This document shows, one piece after another, positions 53,426 through 64,000 of a stretch of DNA of 64,000 bases (the stretch's first letter is position 1; each line of letters begins with the position of its first letter). This DNA comes from Phoronis australis. Taxonomy: Eukaryota; Animalia; Phoronida. The stretch is taken from the NCBI GenBank assembly GCA_002633005.1, contig NMRA01000411.1, positions 1 through 64,000 of the forward strand. The letters run 5' to 3'. Both the position numbers and the translations under genes were made by a program. The notes under the pieces are model-generated. The model was not told where the DNA came from. It did no database searches and was given only the letters and a program-made list of their open reading frames with translations.

Positions 53426-56400
53426 ACATATGAATGGACTTAATTTAGTCGTACATGTATTGTAATGCTAAACGATGGAAAAACATCAGACTATAAAGAC
53501 AAAGGTTTATCCACAAAACTGAGGTTTATGTTGGATTATGTGGTTTTCACAATGGCTTATTAGTCAGCAGTTGCCTCTGGATAAATATATACAGGGGGAT
53601 TGAAAACCTATACCACCTTTGGCAGTAACATTAGTAATTGTGTGTGTGCTTCCATCAATCAGCCAGGTAATGCTTCAGTTCCTGGTACAAGCTTAAGCCT
53701 GATGGCTAGAGCCCTAGAGCCTCGAGGCACTAGAGGCTAGAATAGATACAGCCAGGTTGTGTACAATTATCTTAACCAATTTTCTAAGCGACACAAAAAG
53801 GTGGAACAAAAAGATCAGGACGAGTCACGGAAAGAGTGGCTCAAAGAGTGCTCTCAAACATCAGACTACGAATTATCGAGTATGACAAACACGCAAACAT
53901 AACACAAACTAAGAAGAAGAAGGTCACAACTAGACAAGAACGATGGAAGATCAAAACAAAATAGATGTTCAGGCATGCACGAAAGTGCCGGGATATCTAC
54001 CAATCGGTGCACAGTGAATACATGCTCCACAAACACTCATGAGGTTCCAAGGTGTCTACGTTTCCTAAGTGCAGTAATTATAATTACCATAACGAATTGG
54101 CTGTAAAATTATTGTTTTTAAAATTACAGATTGCTGTCCGTCATTTTTCGGTGTCTGAAATCGTTCAACAGATGGCGTAGGTATTATAGTTAGTGACACC
54201 TGCTGGCCATACAATAAATTACCTGAGATTGACGACAAGCGCCAACGAAGATGATTAGCGGGATAGGCCTTTAGTGTGTAATCAAAAAGAGCCCTAGAAA
54301 TCAACTTCTGTAGCACAAATTCGCAAACTACATTTTGAAACCACTTTCTAGTGCCCAAGCCATTGTTGTTCTGCGCGTTATGTTGACTTGCGCATACTGT
54401 GCCAAAAGTTCTCCACGCCGCCCTTCTTTTTCGAGTTGTTTTAACTGAAGTACCCTTCTCTTGCCAAAAAGTGAAAAATTGGACTATTTCCCGTTTTTGC
54501 AGTAGATTTTAAGAAAAATAAAAAATCAATTGTGTGTTTGAATGCATTTATGTACAGAAAAGTTAGCAATGAGATCCTATTCCATAGTATCAAACCTTCA
54601 ATATCAAAACATCTAACCGTATGTGATGAAATGTAAATGTTTACATTTTCACAGAACTAGACAGATTATCTGCATTTTATTTCCATTATCTTTCTATCTA
54701 ACACATACATATCATGTTTCATATCAATTTTACAGGAGGACGATTTCACACAGAATACGGCAAAGGAGAAACGCGATGATTCAAATGCGATTCCGAGCGA
54801 CGGAATATGCGGTTGCTGCAGGTAGACATACATTTCGAGTGAAATTAAATTTTAAACACGATGAATATTTTCAACTGTTTTGATGCAGCCCTGAATATAA
54901 ATCTTGCCCCTTTCCAATCAGAGCTGTTTATTTCCTTCTATTGACAAATTAAGTGAAGCTGCTTACAAGTCATTTAATGGGTGAAATAGGCAAAACCCCT
55001 TGTTATGACTAAATTCTAAAATTCCTTTATTAAATAATGTTTTTTTTCGTATATAATTCTTTGGCAATGCTCAGAAATGACTCAAGAATTGAAGACTGTG
55101 AATTTCAATATCGTTTTGAGTCATTTTCATGAACTTTCAAGCGTCCATTCAAACTAGAGTAGGACACCCTGTACAACGTGCTACAGGTTATAACTATATA
55201 TACATATATACCTTCGCGTTATATTCCACTGAATTTAAGACCAGTCTGCGATTACACTTCTTTGCGTTTTCATGACTACAATGATGCGGTAGTAATGAAA
55301 TATATTGGATGTTAAAACCATTCCGACAAATGAAAACAATACGGCATAAGGTCATTGCCGAAAGGCAGAATAATATATTTCCTTGGAAGATTTAAAATAG
55401 CAACGTATTACCATTCCCCATATAAGATACTGGTCTTATATTCGAATGTGAGTTCATACCACATTATAAGACCATGGTCTTACATACTCAGTAGATTTTA
55501 CGGTATACTGACTCTAAATCCATTTTGTGGGAGACCCTGCCAGTTGCCCGTAACTTAAGCACGTCACCCCAAAAATGAACCATAAATTATCAATTGACCG
55601 AGGCTGCAGGAAATTAAATTTAACTTGTTAAATGCATTTATCTATTTACGTCATAATAAATGACATTATTCGCAATCCTCCTCTTGTTTTACTCTGCAAC
55701 ATAGCTCGTGGCGTACCCCGGGCAAAATAGATTACGATAAATTAAATTTAACTTGTTAAATGCATTTATCGGCATTATTTTGACATTTGTTTTTATTTTG
55801 ATATCAACCCTTAGGGTTTATTTTTCATTGCTCATGTCTATTTATAGCTTCAAGGGCCTACTTTCAGTGTATTCACACATTTCTCTATGCAACACCTGAA
55901 TGGATAAATTTTTTTTTTTCAAAATTGATGCTGCTACTCAAATTTTTTCTATCTATAATTATCAGCACAAATTATGCAGCAAATGTTGCTACGTACAAAG
56001 AACCACTCATCGAGGCGCGGCGGGCTAAGCGAGAAACGTGAGATCACGCAAGTCTTCGCGACATATCGGCATGCATAAGCGAAGCATAATCACACAGATT
56101 CAGTGCCACCGAGTGTCGTGCTTCTACGTCTGTAATGCACACACGATCACTCAGTTACCGATTGGCACCTTCGGTCCCGGAAGCTACGATATCTTTTCTT
56201 ATCAACGTTTATACTCGGACTTCTGAACTCGACCCGTGACTAGATCTATTTTCAGTTATGACATAACGATGCAAGTTTCAGTGATCTCCGATTGGGTTGC
56301 AGAGCGTTAAAAAATATTATTACTTTTAACCGGCGTTTTCGCAAGTGCACTGAGACAGCTCTTCCCATTTATAACTGGTATTCTTGACACTTGACCATAC

Positions 56401-56459
56401 AGAACATATGATCTGAGAGTAAATCATGAGTTGACCCCCCCCCTTCCACTACAACCCGC

Positions 56460-56640
56460 ATTTGATTGGTGTAAAAACCGGAAGTCGTCGCAAAGAACCA
56501 ATCAGAAGTTTTAGCCGGTTGACACAGTGGAACCGGGGGAGTCCATCAGGCCGTATACCCATTGTACTTTGAACAACTGAATTCGGAACACCTCAGATAA
56601 AGTGACCATAAGATGGTGATTCAACATCGTCATGAAAGTA
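56460..56640 (+). promoter_or_regulatory. Putative promoter and non-coding first exon of the gene at 58631
   Basis: GATTGG and CCAATC boxes flank an ETS motif CCGGAAGT, followed by GGGGGAGTCC and a consensus donor aaa|GTAAGT at 56637/56638; an acceptor tttttgtagcag lies just before ATG 58631. Confidence 0.4.
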
Positions 56641-57206
56641 AGTGCCGTGTTATTTTTATGAGAAATCACATACACTGCTAAACGTTTTTACTTGCCAAGT
56701 GACAATTTTTTATTCGTAGTGCCCCATTGCTCGTGTGTTGAGCCACGGTGCATAACCTTGTGGTCAGGGTGCATAACATTCATCACCGAAAGTTGTGCGT
56801 GTATCTGCTGCAGGATTTTGTTGAATTGATGTGGTCCTCTCTTCGACAGGTCAGTACAAATTAATAACACCTCCCATAGCGGAAGGCACTTGGCCCTCGA
56901 ATCTGTACCATCGAAACTGTTTGCAATGTTTACAGCAACTAGTTACATTTAACCACGGTAGGACTGCTTGATAACATTTTCGAGCAGGCTGAACAGGCAG
57001 CACGCCTTCGTCATAGCAACACCGTAATGACATTGATCTCAAATTGTTCCTTCATCAAAATATGTTTGTTTTTGTGATCTAAAACTCGGCTCTGCAAGAT
57101 GCATTGTCAAGCCTTGTAATTTTCTTTGCCATGGCTTGACGATTTGTCAATTCTTTTACAAGACCCAAAATCGCGTCAATGTTCTCATCTGAGTAAGGAA
57201 AATTGG

Positions 57207-57568
57207 TTCAAGGTTAAATAGAACTTTTTAGACAAGTTGGTTTATTTAGCCAAATATTTTTAAACTATAGATTTTGACTGAGTATAAGTATCTGAAAGTT
57301 GAAATTTCTGTAGAGTTTGATTTTATATTTTTATTTCCTTGTCGTTTCATACAACTTTTTATTGTTTATTTCTCATAAAATCGCAGAACCCCTGTTTTAA
57401 TATCACTTCATGCAAAAATGGAACATTTTGAAAACAATTTCTTTAACATTTTAAAGAACAGTGCAAAGAACATGATACCTCATGCGAATCTCATCAGCCG
57501 TTTCTGAGATAAAATGTTCCGAGGTTAACCAAATTTGGGCATTTTGCTAGGGTCCTGGATAACCTTAA
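57207..57568. mobile_element. Kolobok-like non-autonomous element, copy 3
   Basis: Body similar to 5090-5596; right end gggtcctggataacc-TTAA. Confidence 0.55.
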
Positions 57569-58630
57569 ATGAAAATTTAGTTTCTTAGACGGAATGCAGT
57601 ATATTTGCTTCTTTAAATTAAGGCCGAAACACAACCCGCACCGGCGTGTTTACATAGTTGTGCACAGATTGTAACATGTAATTTGTAAAGTTGGTCGCAG
57701 GTACAAAAATAAATTTTGAAACATGGTATTGAAAATGCAGTACGCTGTTTTTAACTTAGGAGTCCCACTGGAGTGCATGTTCTTAAACGACCATAACTTT
57801 CTGATCCTAATCAATTAATTTGAGAGCACGGGCGTGATTGGACTATATGAAGTGATTAAAAGTACACGTCGATTAAGCACATCCAACGCGTAGAGGCGGG
57901 TGTATTGGTTTAAGAACCCTTTGACGCTTCATGATTATCTGGCTACTAATAATTATATTTTCGCCCTCCGTCGTTTTCCAGAAAAGAAGTAGGTACGTGA
58001 CACCTATACATGGGTCCAAGCATTTACTGCCAAAATTGTGATTCATAACTGTGCCTACTCGACAAACAAATTAATCGAGTTGTTGAGCAATGCTCTGTAA
58101 TCGTGTAACTCTGAAAATTTTTGATATTTTTATCACAATGGGAATATTTCGTCACATGAAATTCATGGGGACAGGCCCAGTCATGCACAGGTGGATAATG
58201 TTCAAAACAGTGTCCTAGCTTTTGAACTTTCGGTTTTCAGTCCCCAGTATTAATCACACGTGAGATACTTTCCTTTTGTTTTCACCCGCTTCAGGACATG
58301 ATAAGATGAGTGTAATCAGACGGAAGATGTAATTCCGCAAACTTACGGCCGAAAACGCATTTTGGGATTACTGTTGGAAGGGCTAAACTTCTTAAAGCTA
58401 TTATTTGTGACAAAACCTGTAAAGTGACAAAATAAGCTGTGCTTGTGATTGAAGGGTTATTGCGGAGCTTGTGGGTGGGTTTGATTCCGCACTACTGCTA
58501 ATTTGTATGAAATTCTTTTCATCGCAAAGAATGCGCGAGTCCAATGAAAAGTCTAAACGATGCTAATTAGTGAATCTGTGTAATAATTAGCTCAAAGTTT
58601 AATCATTTTTGTAGCAGAAACAACGCCAAA

Positions 58631-61600
58631 ATGAATATGGAACAGAAAAGCTTCTACCAAAACAAAAACGATAGTAAAGACACTGAGCTTACTCTAATCA
58701 GCATGGCTAACGATAGCGGGTTCTTCGCAGATGACCCTACTTCGTCCAAGGGCCAAGATAACGATGACAGCCTAGCAAAAACAGTCGATGATACCTGTGA
58801 AGTCTCGAGTGAAAACAACACGGGTGGCGACTCTTTCTGTAGTGTCCCGTTTAGTAATGAAAACACGACACTAGTTGATGGTGTTTCTTCTTTGGACGTC
58901 GAAGAAAAGAGATTGCCTACGTCCCGTTTGAAAGGGTTAAACCACGTGCTTCCACGTGCAAACCATCCGGCTAATGACACAGTGGAGGAAATGCAGGGCG
59001 ACACTTCAGACTCTACAGTTAAAGAAGTGGTAGACAATAACAACGAACCGGGACAATCTAAAATCTGTATTGAAAAGAGAAGAACCAAAAGCTGTGACGA
59101 GAGCAACTGTTCAGATTTGAATGACCCGGATGTAAGACGAAAAAAGACCTCAGGTTACCAAGGTGACAATACGCTGCAAGAAGGTTTTACAGGGGACCAC
59201 GTAAGCATGCATGGTGATGAAGACCAAGAAGGATACCGTCTTCAAATGGATGAAATGTCAGGTGGCCCACGTGACCAACTGTTGGGCTCTGGTCATGACG
59301 TGTTGGCGAATATATATGATTCACAGTACGTTCACATTGGGACGCAGAAACACTACCATGTTCACATTGACGGAAACGTAATACAAGTGCTACAGGAAGG
59401 GAATAACGGTAAGAAAACAGTAGATATCTATTTCAATAAAATGACGAAACTATACTACAGGCTTCCAGTTACCTGTACATTTTACTTTTAGTATACAATT
59501 ACGTCATACGTTCTGTTGTAGAGTGTTCGTCAGTGCTTCACTTTCACTGAATAGATCTCTACTTATAACATGTAGCATTATTTTCATGGGACATTAAAGG
59601 AAGAAAATCGTCATTGTCGAATACTTTTCCACTCGTGCATCCGAGCCATTTAAAGACTCCTGTCAACAAAACATAGATTTGAATCTAACTGTAAAACTAG
59701 TCCCCTGTGCGATTTGCAAACTAGCAAAGACCCTGTCTCACCGGTGATTTCCTAGCCAACGAAAACCCCGATGGGGCTCTGCCGGAAAAAAGCTCGGAAG
59801 AGCTCGCGGTGCCTCTAACGGAATCGTTTTGCATGTCTAGGACATGTGAAAAATATGGACAAGATGTAAGTATCTCAATTTTGGTCATTAGAAGAACCGT
59901 CATGTAGTGCCAACAAAAGCGTCGTCAGGCTACTGTTGTAGGCCTAGTAAGCTGCCGACAAAGCCAAATCATCCTCTGAATGAAGGGTTGTGGACGGGAA
60001 AACACCAGTAGTGTCCTAAAGAGTCCAAACACCTTTATCCGAAAGACACCCTGGGGACTTTTTTTGAACGCGAAGTCTTTTCTGTACAACGAACGTTTCG
60101 GGAAGATTGCCTACTGGTGCTCTTGTTCTGAAATCATTCGCCTGGGTTGTTTGTTGTTATCTGTTTACGTGTTCTCAGTAAGTAACTGGTGCAGTAACGG
60201 TAAAGTCGTTGACTTATCATAATTCTTTCTAGCGAAATTTCTGTGATTAAAATGTGACCCACTTTTTTGAAACTCGTGACGATAATTCATGTGACAGTGA
60301 TAAGCTGGGTCTGAGCTTCCATGTGTATAATCTTCTGAAAAATGTCAGCCTGCACTTGACATTTTGTTAGACGGACAGTGGTCGGTGAACTAAGACTCAT
60401 GGAACACAGACCATTCACCAATTTTCAAAACGTGAAATGTAAATTTTTATCCATCCGGGAAAGTTCATCGTCAAAGAGAAATTAAATCTGTTCAACTGGG
60501 CTACGGTAATTACTAAAAATCCTTTACGGACCTCGTGAGCGTTCCGCTTCCATCTTCATGGACGCTCTCAAGGGATTAGGGATTTTATGAAGCACCGTGG
60601 TCTAGTTGAAGAGATTTAATTTCTCTTTGATTATAATTTTCTCAACAGTTAATGACCACGTGAGACAATGGTAATGTATTCAGGCATTGTTCCAACATTG
60701 GTCACTCAGTTGATGACGTTAGGATTATATCTCAGAATCTGACAATAAAATAATATGACTGCAGGTTCATTTTACACTGAATGCCAACAACAGCTACTCT
60801 CCGTAGACCTAAGCCAATCACAAGAAAAACTAGGGCTGTTACGTGCTGCGCTTGTAGCATGAGGTTATGAAGGTAAAAACGTGAGTGACCTTACGTTTTC
60901 GCGAGTTTCTTGCGTCTATGGAACGTACCCTAGACGCCTTTCAACGTGGAACAATGGTACCAATTATTTGTATTGTGACTGCCAAAAACTCGATTTTTTG
61001 TATGCACACACCTAAACATATACCAAATAGTCGAGATTAATTTAATTAAAAGTTCATGTTCAATTCAACGCTTCGTTTTTTCATTAGACATCATCAGGAT
61101 CATATTTACAACAAATTTAAAACAACAAACGCCAACATACAGTTCAGGTAACATTCATTGAGTGAAGTGAGAGATACATAGAATATAGTCAGTAGCTGTT
61201 CATCACCATAGTTGCAGGGTCACTGAGCTCTGCATGTTATTCAGAGAATCAGTGGCATGCTGGTTCTGAATGGACAATGACTCTTTAATGTAAAGTAACT
61301 CCTTATTAGGTTCTCTGCAGATAATACTAACAGAGTTGGCTTGGTGATTGTAGCTAAAACAATGACTATATCTGTTACTTTTCTCTGATGTTCTTTCAAC
61401 CTGTCACAGAGACGTCTCTGTGTGAGTCCTGTATAGAATTCCTTACAGTTGTCACAATCAACCTTATACACAACATTGCTCTTGTTCAATAAAGGGATGG
61501 GTGACTTCTGTTTACACAGCATACTGGAAAGTTTCCGAAGGGCTTTGAAAACTATCAGTTCAACTGCAGGGTCTATGCAATGAATAAGGCGAGATAATTG

Positions 61601-62952
61601 ACGTTTCAATTTTATACTACCATAAGATAAAGCCCAGAAAAACTGGGCTTACGATACACAGATGTAACAACGGTGCTATTCTCATGTTTAACCAAGACAT
61701 CTAGAAAAGGTAAACACGACTCGCGCTCAGATTCAATGGTGAAGTTGATGGACGGATGCATATTGTTCATGTGATTAAAAAAGGTGTTGATTGAGCTCTT
61801 GGACGAAAACACAACAAACGTATCGTCCACATACCTACGATAAAATTGTGGTTTACAATCCGGTGGACAACTAGCCAGAGCCTCAGTCTCGAGATTGCAC
61901 ATGAAAATATTAGCTAACACTGGTCCCAGGGGTGAACCCATGGCTGCTCCGTCAATTTGATCATAAAAGTTATCATCAAACAGAAAATGGTTCTGTTTAA
62001 CAGCGATCGTGAGTAACTTACGTAATTGGTTATGAGTCAATTTATGGACCTTATCAACATCTAGACTGCACATAAATGGTGCATCATTAAGTGCACGGAC
62101 TTCAGTAACAAACTGAAAAGAATCTTTAAGTGTGTAGTCATTCTCACTGATAGGTTTGAGAATTTTAACTAGGAGACTAATTTAGTAACTGCAGGAGGTC
62201 TTATAGACGTTAATCGTTCTGGTTTGAGTATATTTTTAGATTCATTAATTGATTAATTTTGTAACACTTTGCATGCGCGCACCCGGCCTCCAATATGGGT
62301 GTCTCGAATTCCTGACGTTGTGGACCTTTTGCTAACAAAAGTGCAGGCGGACTAAAAAAGTAAAAAAACGGGAGCACCACTGTGAAATGCGCGTTTGCGA
62401 TTATTTAGTGGACTTTTGTCCCATTTTCTCGGAGTTTTTGTCTCTCGGTGGCGGACCTTTTTGCCCACTTCGCCAAACGGAAGCTCGTTCGAGACCCCCC
62501 TCCCCTGGGCGCGCGCATGCTTTGTATTGGTTGCCAGGCATACTTAGTCACAGTTGCTCGTTTCATAGTTCTTGTCAATCTTCCTGAGAACGTAAAGATG
62601 AGGATTTCCACAGAAGGTCCAGGGCTCGACCAAACCACTCGTGATCGAATGGACGAACAAATTATGGAAGACCTTAGAGACCACTCTACAGGCCTCCTCT
62701 CCACTCTAATTTCTGGAATACAGACTATTTCTTCTCGTCTATTGAACCTTTTCCAAGTTAGCCGTGGTTGCATTGAGCTCGTTCTTGTATCTCAGAGCAA
62801 AGATGCCGTGGAAGAATTTAAAAAGAAGATAAGAAATGGCGAACTCACAGACGAGGTCAAGAAACTGCTGATATCTGAGAACGTGAAAAAACTTGCAAAG
62901 GGAGCTGATTTTGGATTAAAAATTGATATAATTGAAGAAGAAATTCCGAAAG
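58631..62952 (+). CDS. Putative immune/cell-death adaptor with RHIM-like motif and TRADD-N-like domain (3' end outside window)
   Basis: Exons 58631-59408, 59756-59865 and 62538-62952, phase-compatible with GT-AG junctions. Acidic disordered N-terminus, NIYDSQYVHIGTQKHYHV, then a globular domain V..GCIELVL..S..A.EEF....GELT..V.KLL. No stop codon is reached in the window. Domain names are by-eye assignments. Confidence 0.7.
60467..60634. mobile_element. Small MITE (about 170 bp)
   Basis: tcaaagagaaattaaatctgttcaactgggctacggt is inverted to accgtggtctagttgaagagatttaatttctctttga. Confidence 0.7.
61040..62175 (-). mobile_element. Penelope-like retroelement, 5'-truncated (RT plus GIY-YIG)
   Basis: RT motifs QIDGAAMGSPLGPVLANIFM, YRRYVDDTF, LPFLDV; GIY-YIG NVVYKVDCDNCKEFYTGLTQRRLCDRLKEH; degenerate hammerhead at its 3' end. 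Confidence 0.9.
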
Positions 62953-63769
62953 GTGGGTTTGTTTTACTAGCATAAATTTTGAATTTGTTGTTAATATACA
63001 TTTTCGTTTTATGTCATCCTGTGCTATAGAAATGAATCGGAGGCAGTTTATCGGATGGCTTAGTAAAGTAAGTTCCGTACAAGTATGATAATTTTATGTA
63101 TGATGACGAGTAAAATTTGAGGCTTTTAACTTGAAGTCGAAGGGTTTGTTTTTACACCATCACCAGCTACTTTGTTATTGACGGGAACGTCTGATCGGTT
63201 CACCTGAACGCTAAATTAAAAGCAATCATAGCCTAAATGATAATATTATGAACGATCAGTGCATGCGGAGACAAAATTTAAATGCCCAGGGGTATATAGC
63301 CAGGAGACGAGTTTTTGGGTCCTGGTTTGATGAAAAAGGCTGAGCCACGCAGCCCTAGTCAAAAGACAAGTTTTTCGAGAAACAGTCCCGGATTGAAAAT
63401 CTCTGTTTAAAACCTCGATCGTATATCTAGACACAATTGAGAGCTACAAGACACTTCGTTTACATTCAGGGTGCATTCACACACTAACGTGACAAAAAGT
63501 TGTAATAAATGATGCGAAGTTTGGTTGAAATGAGTCGAACTGCAAAAAAGCTCCTTTATCACCTGCTAATCGCACTGACTCAGAGGTAACGGTTAAGTTA
63601 GGGACAGAAGGTGTCTGTAACAATAACTGTCAACTCACAAACAGCTAGAGTAGCTTATATAAATCATAGTTGTGTAATTCTAGAATGCAATACATGCCAG
63701 TCATAATGGCCGTCGCTGTATGGAAAGCCAAAGCGGAAAGAAATCCAGGACACAAATTTTCTATTCAAG

Positions 63770-63975
63770 AACTAAATTCTCTGCAGGACCAAAAAATATA
63801 CTCAAAACCAAAATTTATCGCGTCAGAACCTATAATTTTTCACGTCAGGAACAAAATTTAACACGTCAGGACCGAAAATTTATCACTCCAGGTCACAAAC
63901 TTTATCCCGCCAGAACACAAAATTTATCACGCCAGGACATACAAATTCTTGCCAGGAAAAAATTTCATACAAGGA
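63770..63975. repeat. Degenerate about 22-bp tandem repeat
   Basis: Units resembling cacgtcagga.c.aaaatttat. Confidence 0.7.
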
Positions 63976-64000
63976 GACCACGTGACAATGACGAGGTCGT

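Noticed and set aside
54736-55275. Isolated exon-like segments (+ 54736-54821; - 55212-55275) as missing 5' exons
   Set aside because: Splice signals are plausible, but they could not be linked to a start codon or otherwise supported.
58654-59106. 150-aa minus-strand ORF
   Set aside because: Antisense shadow of the + strand exon 58631-59408.

Overview
AT-rich, intron-containing animal DNA, most consistent with a marine invertebrate; it is not prokaryotic. Three host genes were reconstructed by hand from GT-AG junctions and intron phases. (1) A complete 8-exon RAD51AP1 orthologue (+, 13234-22267, 339 aa). (2) A gene of at least 10 exons (-, 44349 to >51796) encoding a disordered N-terminus and a hydrophobic helical C-terminus. 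(3) The 5' part of a + strand gene (58631 to >62952) with a RHIM-like motif and a TRADD-N-like domain, a candidate innate-immune/cell-death adaptor. Between genes 1 and 2 lies an 18-kb IS3EU-type DNA transposon (TIRs, 6-bp TSD AATATT) whose transposase is split by a BEL/Pao LTR element; that element in turn contains copia and several Gypsy fragments. Also present: a hAT-type element with an 8-bp TSD, Penelope-like remnants with hammerhead ribozyme motifs, tRNA-derived SINEs, several MITE families and minisatellites. Two single-N gaps (36848, 48086) are flanked by near-identical duplications that are probably uncollapsed haplotypes. All family assignments are from motif recognition by eye; no database searches were run.
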